From: an uncultured Verrucomicrobiae bacterium
Lineage (GTDB): Bacteria > Verrucomicrobiota > Verrucomicrobiia > Chthoniobacterales > UBA10450
Assembly: GCA_963726745.1 (NCBI GenBank)
Contig: CAVSDR010000003.1
Coordinates: 352,001 to 416,000, forward strand
Reading direction: 5' to 3'
Length of the DNA: 64,000 bases
Made by a program: the position numbers and the translations under genes. Below are positions 10,671-20,047 of the stretch, piece by piece (the first letter of the stretch is position 1; each line of letters opens with the position of its first letter). The notes below the pieces were generated by a model. It did no database searches and had not been told where the DNA came from. It saw nothing but the letters and a program-made list of their open reading frames with translations.

Positions 10671-11747
10671 ATGCCGGCCGAAGAACTCGCTTACGTCATT
10701 GTCACGCCTTACTCGATGCGCAAATCGCGCACGGGCGGCATCATCTCCCGTCTCATTTCCCGCACTGGCCTCGAGCTGGTGGCCGGGCGGATGTTCGCTC
10801 CCAGTCAGGAGCTGGTGCAGCGCTACACGGATACGATCGTGACCGCGACCGACGAGCGGCATCGCGCCACGCAGGAGCTGATTCGCGACTACGTGCAGAA
10901 GAACTTCACCGGCACGGTCCGAGGCCAGCGCCCGCGTTTGCTCCTGCTCGTCTTCCGCGGCGAGGACGCGATCGAGCGCGTGCACCGGGTGGTCGGCCAC
11001 ATCGTGCACGAGCGCACCAGCGGCGAAACCGTGCGCGACACCTACGGCGACTACGTGACCGACGAGTCCGGCAAGGTGACCTACTTTGAACCCGGCGTGC
11101 TCGCGGCCTTCGGGAATGATTCCGTGCGCGACCACTTGAAGCTTTGGGCGGAATTTTCCGACAAGGACGGCGGCATCCTCGAGAACGTGATCAGCTATCC
11201 CGAGGGCACGAAGGTTGAGAAGACGCTGGTTCTAATTAAGCCGGATAACTTTAAGTTCCCGAACCTCCGTCCGGGCGGCGTGATCGAAGTCTTTTCGCGC
11301 ACTGGCCTCTCGATTATCGGCTTCAAGGTCCACCGCATGAGCGTGGCTCAGGCGAAGGATTTCTACGGCCCGGTGCTCCCGGTTTTGGAAGACAAACTCG
11401 GCGGCGAAAAAGGCCGCAATGCCTGGGAAGACATCGTGGAGTTCATGTCCGGTGCGCGCCCCAGCAACACCAGTGACAGTAAGCTCAACGAGCCCGGCTC
11501 CGAGAAGATCGTGGCCCTGGTTTACCAGGGCGAAAACGCGGTTGCGAAGATCCGCGAAGTCCTCGGGCCGACCGATCCGAGCAAGGCGCCTCCGGGATCG
11601 ATCCGGAAGGAATTCGGCCAGTCGATCATGGTCAACGCGGCGCATGCTTCCGACGCGGTCGAGAACGCGCAGCGCGAGATGAAGATCGTCCAAGTGGACG
11701 AGAATAACTTCAAACCTTTGATTGAAAGCTTCTACGAGCGCCAATAG
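10671..11747 (+). CDS. ndk: Nucleoside-diphosphate kinase with two NDK-like domains
   Basis: C-terminal domain EKTLVLIKPD...GPTDPSKAPPGSIRKEFG..IMVNAAHASD; N-terminal half repeats the fold (GGIISRL..GLELV...GETVRDTYG). Confidence 0.8.
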   Translation: MPAEELAYVIVTPYSMRKSRTGGIISRLISRTGLELVAGRMFAPSQELVQRYTDTIVTATDERHRATQELIRDYVQKNFTGTVRGQRPRLLLLVFRGEDAIERVHRVVGHIVHERTSGETVRDTYGDYVTDESGKVTYFEPGVLAAFGNDSVRDHLKLWAEFSDKDGGILENVISYPEGTKVEKTLVLIKPDNFKFPNLRPGGVIEVFSRTGLSIIGFKVHRMSVAQAKDFYGPVLPVLEDKLGGEKGRNAWEDIVEFMSGARPSNTSDSKLNEPGSEKIVALVYQGENAVAKIREVLGPTDPSKAPPGSIRKEFGQSIMVNAAHASDAVENAQREMKIVQVDENNFKPLIESFYERQ

Positions 11748-11789
11748 TTTGCGCTCCCCTTTTCCCAACCCAAAACCACCTTGCAAACC

Positions 11790-12953
11790 ATGGAAATTTC
11801 CGAGCGCGCCGCCAAGTTAACTCCCTCCCTTACGCTCTCGATCGACAGCAAGGCCAAGGCGATGAAAGCCGAGGGATTGGACGTCTGCGGATTCGGCGCG
11901 GGCGAGCCCGACTTCGACACGCCGGAGCACATCAAGGATGCCGCGATCGCGGCGCTCCAGACCGGCTTTACCAAGTACACCCCGAGCGCCGGCATTCCCG
12001 AGTTGCGCCAGGCGATTGCCGACAAGCTCAAGGCCGACAACGACCTTTCCTACAAGCCGAGCCAGGTGGTGGTGAGCAACGGCGCGAAGCATTCTTGTTA
12101 CAACGCCATCCTCGCCACCTGTCAGGAAGGCGACGAGGTCATCATCCCCTCGCCCTACTGGGTGAGCTACCCGGACATGGTCCGCCTCGCGGGCGCCGAG
12201 CCGGTGATCGTCCCTACGTCCGAGCGCAATGGCTGGAAGATGCGCGCGGAAGACTTTGAAAACGCGATGACCCCGCGCACGAAAATGGTCATCCTGAACA
12301 GCCCGAACAATCCTTCCGGCGCCGTTTACACTCGCGAGGAACTCGAAGGCATCGTGGCGATCGCCGCCGAGGAAGACATCTACATTCTCTCCGACGAGAT
12401 CTACGAGAAGCTGGTTTACGATGACGTGAAGCACGTCAGCGTCGCTTCGCTTTCAAAGGAAGCCTACGACCTCACGATCACGGTCAACGGTTTCAGCAAG
12501 GCTTACGCGATGACCGGTTGGCGTCTCGGCTACCTGGCGGCGCCGGATGCAATTGCGAAGGCGGTTGATTCCATCCAGAGCCATAGCACTTCGCACGTGA
12601 CCTCTTTCGCTCAATACGGCGCCATCGCTGCGCTCAAGGGCGACCAGCAAGCGCTCTCCGATATGCGCGAGGAGTTCGACATGCGCCGGAACTACGCCTA
12701 CGACCGGATCACCAAGATCCCGAACATCACCGCGGTGAAACCGCAGGGCGCGTTCTACATTTTGATCAACATCAGCCAGCTTGGCCTGAGTTCGCAGAAC
12801 TTTGCCGACCGCCTCTTGAGCAAGGCCAACGTGGCCGTGGTGCCCGGCGCTGCGTTCGGCGACGACCGCACCGTGCGCATGAGCTACGCGACCAGCATCG
12901 ACATCATCAAAAAAGGTCTCGATCGCTTCCAGGACTTCTGCCGCACCCTCTAG
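11790..12953 (+). CDS. Aspartate/class I-II PLP-dependent aminotransferase
   Basis: GEPDFDTP, GAKH, NSPNNPSG, SDEIYE, NGFSKAYAMTGWRLGY. Confidence 0.93.
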   Translation: MEISERAAKLTPSLTLSIDSKAKAMKAEGLDVCGFGAGEPDFDTPEHIKDAAIAALQTGFTKYTPSAGIPELRQAIADKLKADNDLSYKPSQVVVSNGAKHSCYNAILATCQEGDEVIIPSPYWVSYPDMVRLAGAEPVIVPTSERNGWKMRAEDFENAMTPRTKMVILNSPNNPSGAVYTREELEGIVAIAAEEDIYILSDEIYEKLVYDDVKHVSVASLSKEAYDLTITVNGFSKAYAMTGWRLGYLAAPDAIAKAVDSIQSHSTSHVTSFAQYGAIAALKGDQQALSDMREEFDMRRNYAYDRITKIPNITAVKPQGAFYILINISQLGLSSQNFADRLLSKANVAVVPGAAFGDDRTVRMSYATSIDIIKKGLDRFQDFCRTL

Positions 12954-12968
12954 TCCGCTGAGGGGTTC

Positions 12969-14537
12969 ATGCCCGGTTCGCTTGCGCTGATCCTGCACGC
13001 GCACCTGCCGTTCATCCGGCACCCGGAGCACGAGGAGTTTCTCGAGGAAGCCTGGCTTTTCGAGGCCATCACCGAGACTTACATCCCGCTCATCCAGATG
13101 ATGGAGCGGCTGATGGCGGACGCGGTCCCCTTTCGGCTCTGCATGAGCCTCACGCCGCCGCTCTGCGCGATGCTCCAGGACGAACTCCTGCGTGAGCGCT
13201 ACGCGCAACATCTCGCGCGCTCGATCGACTTGGCCGAGCGCGAAATTAGCCGGCATTCTCAGCACCCAGAACTGCTCGAGCTGGCGCATTTTTACCACGC
13301 GCTTCTGCGCGAGACGCAGCGGCGTTACGAAGCGTGGAATCGCGACCTTGTCGCCGTCTTCCGCCAACTGCGCGATGCCGGCGTGCTCGAAATCATCGCC
13401 AGTGCGGCGACGCACGGGTTGCTGCCTTTGCTGATGGAAACGCCCGCAACCGTGCGTGCGCAAATCCTCATCGGCTGCGATGCCTACCGCGCCGCGTTTG
13501 GCGCGGAGCCGAGTGGTTTTTGGCTGCCGGAATGCGCTTACGCGCCCGGCCTGGAGAAAATGCTCGCGGAGGCGAACCTGCGCTGGTTCGTGCTCGACGC
13601 GCATGGCCTCATGCTCGCGCAACCACGCCCCGCGGCGGCGATCTTCGCGCCCGCATTCACCGCGGCCGGCCCGGCGGTTTTCGCGCGTGACCCGAATAGC
13701 AGCCGGCAAGTTTGGAGCGCCGAGGCCGGCTATCCGGGACATTCGGCCTACCGGGACTTTTACCGCGACGTCGGCTACGATCTCCCGCCGGAGTATGCCT
13801 TCGCGCACTCAGCGCAAAAACAGCCGCGCTTCACTGGTTTTAAGTATCACCGCATCACCGGCGGCCGCGGGCCGAAGGAATTTTACCAGCGCGCTCAGGC
13901 CGAGGAAATGGCGGCGACGCACGCGAGCCATTTTCTGAAAGCGCGCACGCAGGAGCTGGAAGCTGCGGCCGAGCTGGTGCTCGACCCGATCCTGACAATG
14001 CCGTTCGACGCGGAGCTTTTCGGGCATTGGTGGTTCGAAGGTCCGCTCTTTTTGGAACAGGTCATCCGGCAAAACGCCGCCAGCGGGACGCTCCGCCTAA
14101 CGAGTCCAACGTCCTACCTGGCGACGCATCCGACGCAGGAAGTGGTCGCGCCCGCCGCCTCGAGCTGGGGCGAAGGCGGCTACTGGAGCGTCTGGTTGCA
14201 CGAGAATAATTCGTGGATTTATCCGCCGCTCCATCGCGCCGCGCGCGAAATGCACGCCCTCGCGCAGGCCCACGCGGAAACAGCCGACCATTTGATCGAC
14301 CGCGCGCTCAAGCAGCTCGCGCGCGAACTCCTGCTCGCGCAGTCGAGCGATTGGGCTTTCCTCATGAAAACTGGCACCGCCCGGGAGTACGCCACCAGCC
14401 GCACCGAAACGCACCTCCGCCGTTTCCAAGAGCTCGGGAATCAGCTAAAGGCAGGCAGCCTCGACCCGGTTTTCCTTTCCGAATGCGAAACGTGCGACAA
14501 CCTTTTCCCCCAAATCCAATGGCGCCATTACGCTTAA
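12969..14537 (+). CDS. GH57 1,4-alpha-glucan branching enzyme (DUF1957)
   Basis: LHAHLPF, WLFEAITETYIPL, GFWLPECAY, PFDAELFGHWWFEG, SSWG, LLAQSSDWAF. Confidence 0.92.
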   Translation: MPGSLALILHAHLPFIRHPEHEEFLEEAWLFEAITETYIPLIQMMERLMADAVPFRLCMSLTPPLCAMLQDELLRERYAQHLARSIDLAEREISRHSQHPELLELAHFYHALLRETQRRYEAWNRDLVAVFRQLRDAGVLEIIASAATHGLLPLLMETPATVRAQILIGCDAYRAAFGAEPSGFWLPECAYAPGLEKMLAEANLRWFVLDAHGLMLAQPRPAAAIFAPAFTAAGPAVFARDPNSSRQVWSAEAGYPGHSAYRDFYRDVGYDLPPEYAFAHSAQKQPRFTGFKYHRITGGRGPKEFYQRAQAEEMAATHASHFLKARTQELEAAAELVLDPILTMPFDAELFGHWWFEGPLFLEQVIRQNAASGTLRLTSPTSYLATHPTQEVVAPAASSWGEGGYWSVWLHENNSWIYPPLHRAAREMHALAQAHAETADHLIDRALKQLARELLLAQSSDWAFLMKTGTAREYATSRTETHLRRFQELGNQLKAGSLDPVFLSECETCDNLFPQIQWRHYA

Positions 14538-15697
14538 TTCTCGTCGGTCTCCTGTTGGCGCTTCCCGTCCGCGCGCAGGAAACGCCCGCGCCTTCCGCGA
14601 GCCCGACGCCGCGCAAGGTGCGCATCAGTTTTCTCCCGCCGCCGGTCGACGGGCTGATCAGCCTCGGGATTTACGACCGCGACGGGAAGCTCGTGCGCGT
14701 GCTTCAGCGCGAGGCGGAACTGGAAGAATTCGAGGCCGGGAACGATGCCTTACAGACGGCTTGGGATGGAAAAAACGACGCGGGCGAGCCGCTGCCTTCG
14801 GGGAAATATTTCGCGCGCGGTTACGCCGTCGATGCGGACGCAGAAGGTGTCGGCTATTTCTTTAACGACTGGGTCGAGGACGAAAACTCCCTGCGGATCG
14901 CGCGGGTGACCGCGGTCGAACTCGCGAATGGCCTCCCGCTCTTGAGCGTGCAGCTGGCCGATGGCCGTGCCCTTTCGATCCTCTGCGATTTAGACGGCAA
15001 CATCATGAATACCGGCGAGGTGCGCACCCGCCAGGAGGATTGCGGCGAGGCGCTTTCCTGCGCTCCCGGCCGCGAGGAAACGCGCTGGGTGATCGAGCAG
15101 GTTTCGCCCGAAGCAACTGAGGTGAAGCAGCTCTCGAAATCCGGCGAGCTCCTCCGCCGCTTGAGCGTGCCCGCGGGCGAACCGCAGCCGCGCCAGCTCG
15201 CGGCCTCGCCGGACAGCGACTCGATTCTTCTCTTGGAAGAGAACTCGCAGGCGCAGCGCGTGCGCTCGTTAGTCCTCGCGGGCAAGAACATCACCGATGG
15301 CCAGGCGACCTCCGATTGGAAAGTGCAATTCGAGAAAACCATTACTGCGCACCATGACTTCACGATGGAAAAGGGCGAGCCGGTGCCCGCGGGCGGGACG
15401 CCTCTGCTCGAGAAAATAGCCGTCAAGCTGCAGCCAAATCCGCTGGCGAAAAACCAACGCACCACCGTCGAGCTTACGGTCGCCTTCGACGCCGACGGCA
15501 GCTTTCTCCGGACCGCCGATGGGCTTCCACTCCTTAGCATCAGCGAAACGAAAAAGCTCCAGCGCATCGGCCTCGCGCCCGCGGGTGAAAACGCCGCCGA
15601 GGTGCTTCAGGACGACGGCGTGGTGGTCGAGCAATTTCACCTGACCGATCTCGCGAAGATGGCGGCCTTCGACGCGGGCGAAATTGAATTGAAATAG
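14519..15697 (+). CDS. Secreted hypothetical protein with FlgD-type Ig-like motif
   Basis: Signal peptide MAPLRLILVGLLLALPVRAQ; ISLGIYDRDGKLVRVL...WDGKNDAGEPLPSGKYF motif. Confidence 0.65.
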   Translation: MAPLRLILVGLLLALPVRAQETPAPSASPTPRKVRISFLPPPVDGLISLGIYDRDGKLVRVLQREAELEEFEAGNDALQTAWDGKNDAGEPLPSGKYFARGYAVDADAEGVGYFFNDWVEDENSLRIARVTAVELANGLPLLSVQLADGRALSILCDLDGNIMNTGEVRTRQEDCGEALSCAPGREETRWVIEQVSPEATEVKQLSKSGELLRRLSVPAGEPQPRQLAASPDSDSILLLEENSQAQRVRSLVLAGKNITDGQATSDWKVQFEKTITAHHDFTMEKGEPVPAGGTPLLEKIAVKLQPNPLAKNQRTTVELTVAFDADGSFLRTADGLPLLSISETKKLQRIGLAPAGENAAEVLQDDGVVVEQFHLTDLAKMAAFDAGEIELK

Positions 15698-15714
15698 CCG
15701 GCGCGGGCTGTTCA

Positions 15715-16290
15715 ATGGGCCCAATGCCGCGCGACATTGTCTACTTCGATCTCGAGACCCAGCGCACGGCGAACGACGCCGGCGGCTGGGATCGGAAGTG
15801 CAACATGCGCATGTCCGTCGGGGTGATCTACAGCACGGCCACGGGCCGGTATCAGGTCTTCCACGAGGACCGCGTCGACGCCTTGATCGAGCGCCTTCGC
15901 CGGGCCGATCTCGTGGTCGGGTTCAACGTGATCAATTTCGATTATCACGTGCTCATGGGTTACACGATTTTGGATTTGATCCACGAACTGCCGACCGCCG
16001 ACCTGATGGTCGACGTGGAGCAAAAACTCGGGCATCGCCTCGCGCTTGACTCGATCGCCACGGCCACGCTCGGCGTGCAAAAAACCGCCGCCGGCCTGGA
16101 CGCGATCAAGTGGTGGCGCGAAGGCCGCGTGCTCGAGATCGCGGAGTATTGCTGCTTCGACGTGAAGGTGACCAAGCTGGTGCACGAGCACGGTTGCCGG
16201 CACAAGGAGCTCTTCTTCCACGACCGCTTCGCGCAACGCCAGCGGGTCGAGATCGACTGGTGCCATCTCGACGAGCTGGCCACGGCTTGA
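15715..16290 (+). CDS. Stand-alone RNase H-like/DnaQ-like exonuclease domain protein (RNase_H_2, YprB-like)
   Basis: YFDLETQ, VVGFNVINFDY, LDSIATATLG..K, EYCCFDVKVT (DEDD-type residues). Confidence 0.8.
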   Translation: MGPMPRDIVYFDLETQRTANDAGGWDRKCNMRMSVGVIYSTATGRYQVFHEDRVDALIERLRRADLVVGFNVINFDYHVLMGYTILDLIHELPTADLMVDVEQKLGHRLALDSIATATLGVQKTAAGLDAIKWWREGRVLEIAEYCCFDVKVTKLVHEHGCRHKELFFHDRFAQRQRVEIDWCHLDELATA

Positions 16291-16354
16291 GCCGGGCAGC
16301 GCACTGCGAAACCCTCGCTAGTCACTCGCGGCTTTTGTTGTTTACTTAGCGCCT

Positions 16355-17680
16355 ATGGCTTCCAGCGCTGAGATGCAGCAAACCGTCGGCAAATCGGCCG
16401 CGCTCTCCGGGACTTCGCTCCACACCGGAGAGAAAGTGACGCTGCGCCTGCAACCCGCGCCCGTGGATCACGGGATTAAATTCAAGCGCAAGGATCTCGC
16501 CGATGAGCCGACGATCGATGCCCGAATCGACCACGTGAAAACGGTCGAGCGCGCGACCACGATCGGCGAAGGCGCGATGCGGGTGCACACGGTGGAGCAC
16601 ATCTTGTCGGCTCTTTCCGCGATGGGGGTGGACAACGCGATCATCGAAATGGACGCCAATGAGCCGCCGATCGGCGACGGCAGCGCGCAGGCCTACGTCG
16701 ACTTGATCAAGAAGGCCGGCGTCGTCCCGCAGGAATCACCGCGGCGCTTCTTCATCGTGCGCGAGCCGATCTCGATCGAGACCAAGGGCGGCTCGTTGCT
16801 GGTCGTGCTCCCAGACGACAAATTTCGCATCAGCTGCACGCAGGTGGGACCGGACGGACGCTTCACCCAGTTCCTCAGCACCGAGATCACGCCGGCTATT
16901 TTTGAGCGGGAAATCGCGCCTGCGCGCACCTTCGTTTTCTACGAGGACGTGCAGCAGCTGATGGAGAAAAACCTGATCAAAGGCGGCAGTCTGGAGAACG
17001 CGATCGTCATCCGCGGCGAGGCCGTCCTGAGCAAGGAACCGCTCCGTTTTGCCGACGAATTCGTCCGCCACAAGATTCTCGATATCATCGGCGACCTCGC
17101 GCTTTCTGGCCTGCGCTTGAGGGGCCACATCATCGCGGTCAAACCGGGCCACGGCCCAAATGCCGAGCTCGCCCGCGCGCTCGTGCGCGAGCACGCGAAG
17201 TCGGTCCCAATGGTGCAGCCGCGCGCGGAGGCGCTGGGCGAAGGCGCGCTCGACATCAACCAGGTGATGGCCATTCTCCCGCATCGTTATCCCTTCCTGA
17301 TGGTCGATCGCATTCTCGGTTTCGAGGGCGACATGAAATGCACCGGGATGAAGACGGTCACGATCAACGAGCCTTATTTCGCCGGGCATTTCCCCGGCCA
17401 CCCGGTGATGCCGGGCGTGCTCCAGGTCGAGGCGATGGCCCAGGTAGCCAGCATTCTCATGATGAAGCTGACCAAGAGCTCCAGCCGGCTCGGTTATTTC
17501 GTGAGCGCGGATGACGTGAAGTTTCGCAAGCCGGTCTTCCCCGGCGACACGCTTGTGATTCACACGGAACTGCTGAAAGCGCGCAGCAATCGCATCGCCA
17601 AGGCGCGTTGCAAATGCACCGTGAACGATGCCGTCGTTTCCGAGGGCGAGCTCATGTTCACCTTTCTCGACACCAAGTGA
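16355..17680 (+). CDS. lpxC/fabZ: Bifunctional UDP-3-O-acyl-GlcNAc deacetylase / 3-hydroxyacyl-ACP dehydratase
   Basis: TVEHILSAL, EPPIGDGSA, HKILDIIGDL (LpxC) fused to LPHRYPFLMVDRI, GHFPGHPVMPGVLQVEAMAQ (FabZ). Confidence 0.96.
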   Translation: MASSAEMQQTVGKSAALSGTSLHTGEKVTLRLQPAPVDHGIKFKRKDLADEPTIDARIDHVKTVERATTIGEGAMRVHTVEHILSALSAMGVDNAIIEMDANEPPIGDGSAQAYVDLIKKAGVVPQESPRRFFIVREPISIETKGGSLLVVLPDDKFRISCTQVGPDGRFTQFLSTEITPAIFEREIAPARTFVFYEDVQQLMEKNLIKGGSLENAIVIRGEAVLSKEPLRFADEFVRHKILDIIGDLALSGLRLRGHIIAVKPGHGPNAELARALVREHAKSVPMVQPRAEALGEGALDINQVMAILPHRYPFLMVDRILGFEGDMKCTGMKTVTINEPYFAGHFPGHPVMPGVLQVEAMAQVASILMMKLTKSSSRLGYFVSADDVKFRKPVFPGDTLVIHTELLKARSNRIAKARCKCTVNDAVVSEGELMFTFLDTK

Positions 17681-18455
17681 ACGCGCCGCAAATCCATCCG
17701 ACGGCGATCGTCGACCCGGGCGCGGCGCTCGGGGCGGGCACGGTGGTGGGGCCTTACAGCATCGTCGGCCCGCACGTCATCCTCGGCGAAGGTTGCTGGC
17801 TGCAACATCACGTGACCCTGGAGGGCCCGATGATCGCGGGGGCGCATAACAAGTTCTACGCCTACTGCTCCATCGGGCAGCAGACGCAGGATTTGAAATA
17901 CGCCGGGGAACCGACCTATCTCGAGCTCGGCGAGGCGAACGTTTTTCGCGAGTTCTGCACGGTCAACCGGAGCACCAAGGGCGATGGCAAAACCCGCGTC
18001 GGCAGCCGTGGAAATTTTCTCGCCTACAGCCATATCGGGCACGATTGCCTCGTCGGCGACGGCGTCGTTTTCTCGAACAACGGCACCCTCGCCGGCCACG
18101 TCCAGATCGGCGACGGCGCGATCATGGGCGGCCTGACCGCGGTCCATCAATTCTGTCGGATCGGGCGGCTCGCGATCACTGGCGGCTGTTCCAAGATCGT
18201 GCAGGACGTGCCCCCGTTTATGATCGCCGATGGCAACCCGGCGCAGATTCGCGGGGTTAACGTCGTCGGTCTCGAGCGGGCCGGCTTCGCACCTGCCGCG
18301 ATCAAGTGCATCAAGGAAGCTTTCCGCCTGATCTTTCGCTGCAACTACAACACCCGCCAGGCGCTCGAAGCGGTGCGCGCGGAAATGCCGCAGACCGACG
18401 AGATCGCGCAAATCGTGGCCTTCATCGAAGCAGCGAGCGCGGGATCATTCGTTAG
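17677..18455 (+). CDS. lpxA: Acyl-ACP--UDP-GlcNAc O-acyltransferase; 1-nt deletion near 18431 hides the true C-terminus (..SERGIIR-TAG)
   Basis: GTG overlaps lpxC stop; IHPTAIVDPGA, QDLKY, HIGHDC, LAGHV, VHQFCRIG, QDVPPF; shifted frame gives AGC GAG CGC GGG ATC ATT CGT TAG ending 18455. Confidence 0.92.
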
Positions 18456-18456
18456 G

Positions 18457-20043
18457 CTAACGGGGCGTGGCCGCCGGCGCCGGCGTGGGATTCAAGTCCT
18501 GCTCCACTTTTCGCAGGAGAGCGCTCGCGGGAGCGTTGGGCACGATCCGCAGGACGCTGCGGACCACGTCGAGAGCGCGCTTCGGTTTCTCCTGGCCGAT
18601 CCAGGCCGCGGCTTCCTCCAGGACTACGCGCAGGATGTCGTCGCGCTTCGCATACATCGCGCGCGCTTGTTGGAAGTAACTCGTGGCCGCGGCGAAGTTT
18701 CCCTCACGCGCTTCCATCCCGCCGAGGTCCTCGATCATGGCCGCGTTCCGCCCTTTCGAGGCCGCCGCACGCGCCGCGGCGCGATACTCCGCCGGCGGCA
18801 GGGTGGCATTCTGGACCGCAAAGTTATGATACATTTTCCAATCAGGCAGGTCGCCGGCTTTGGATGTTTCGCGTTTCGGTTCGAGCCTCAACCACGCGGC
18901 ATACGGCCGGTAAAGCGGATCGCCCACCATCACCGTCATCCAGGAAAGCGCGGGCGTGGCCATGTAGGCGCTTTCCGCAAAGGTAAAGCCGTGCAGCAGG
19001 CGGTCGTTGAACAGCTCGAGGTGCGTCGTGAGCTGGAGGAACGGCTCGTAGACGTTGCCTAACGAGACCGCCGCCCCCTTGGTCAGGAGCGGCGCCACCC
19101 AATTCGCGTTTGGGTCCCGCAGGGTGCTGGCACTGAAGGAATGGATGTGCACTGCAACCGCCCCGGGAAGAAAACGAAAATCCGCGTCGCTGAAAGCGCC
19201 GGCTATCCCGGCGGCATACCAGCCGTAATACAAGGCGCAGTCGGTAATCGGGTAGCCGTTCGGGAAGATTGCCGGCGCGTTGTCATAGACCGTCGGAATG
19301 CCCGCGGCCCGCAGCCCGTCGACCACGCTCGCGAGCCAGCGATCGCCAATCTCCAAACCATTGGCATGATTCTGCGCCCCATCGACGAATCCCCGCCCCC
19401 AAAGCCCGTTCTTCTCAGTCTCCATCGCATCAGTGATCATCCGGCGCACCGTCGCCGCGGTAGGCGCGTCCAGCCGGCAAACGAGCAGCAGCGCCGGGTC
19501 CGTCTCTTCGGTCACGCTGCGGTAGCTCTGGAAGTAGGGATTGTTAGCCGCGCCGGAGATCTGGCGCGTGTTCACTCCCAGGATGGCCAACTCGGAATCG
19601 ACCGAGGCATCGTTGCGGCTGCCGATCGGGCCGCCTTGGTTGACGTCGCCTTCGTAGGCCTCGGCCTGCCCGCGAATCTTCAAGGGCATCCCCTTCATCA
19701 GCGCGACGAAGCGGATCGTGCTCGCGTCCACCCGCGGCCGTCCGTCGGGCCCGTCGCGAAAGCTCCACCAACGCCGCTCGCGAAAGAGCCCGCGCAGGGG
19801 CGCGGCCAGGGTGCGGTCGTACTCTTCGCGCGAGATTTCCTCCGCGGTCGAACAGGAAACGCCGACCACATGGTCGCGCGCGATCCCGCGTTTCTGCGCG
19901 TAAAATTTGGCCAGCTCGGCCGATTCCGTGCTCGCCTGATTGTAGATCACAACGGTGGCTGCGGCCAGGTCCTGCGCGCGGAGATTGCTCGTTAGGCCAG
20001 GCGCCGCGAGCAGCGCCACGAGGAAGAACGCCGGGAAGCGCAT
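18457..20043 (-). CDS. TIGR03790-like secreted protein with C-terminal helical/TPR-like region
   Basis: Signal peptide; VIYN...S..LAKFYAQKRGI, ASVDSELA, LVCRLDAP, YYGWY, GAVAVHIHSFSA, GNVYEPFL, LSWMTVMVGDPLYRPY. Confidence 0.8.
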   Translation of the reverse strand: MRFPAFFLVALLAAPGLTSNLRAQDLAAATVVIYNQASTESAELAKFYAQKRGIARDHVVGVSCSTAEEISREEYDRTLAAPLRGLFRERRWWSFRDGPDGRPRVDASTIRFVALMKGMPLKIRGQAEAYEGDVNQGGPIGSRNDASVDSELAILGVNTRQISGAANNPYFQSYRSVTEETDPALLLVCRLDAPTAATVRRMITDAMETEKNGLWGRGFVDGAQNHANGLEIGDRWLASVVDGLRAAGIPTVYDNAPAIFPNGYPITDCALYYGWYAAGIAGAFSDADFRFLPGAVAVHIHSFSASTLRDPNANWVAPLLTKGAAVSLGNVYEPFLQLTTHLELFNDRLLHGFTFAESAYMATPALSWMTVMVGDPLYRPYAAWLRLEPKRETSKAGDLPDWKMYHNFAVQNATLPPAEYRAAARAAASKGRNAAMIEDLGGMEAREGNFAAATSYFQQARAMYAKRDDILRVVLEEAAAWIGQEKPKRALDVVRSVLRIVPNAPASALLRKVEQDLNPTPAPAATPR

Positions 20044-20047
20044 CAGG

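Noticed and set aside
17608..19062. 484-aa LpxA with long C-terminal extension in the ORF track
   Set aside because: Artefact of a 1-nt deletion near 18431; the extension is antisense to the TIGR03790-like gene
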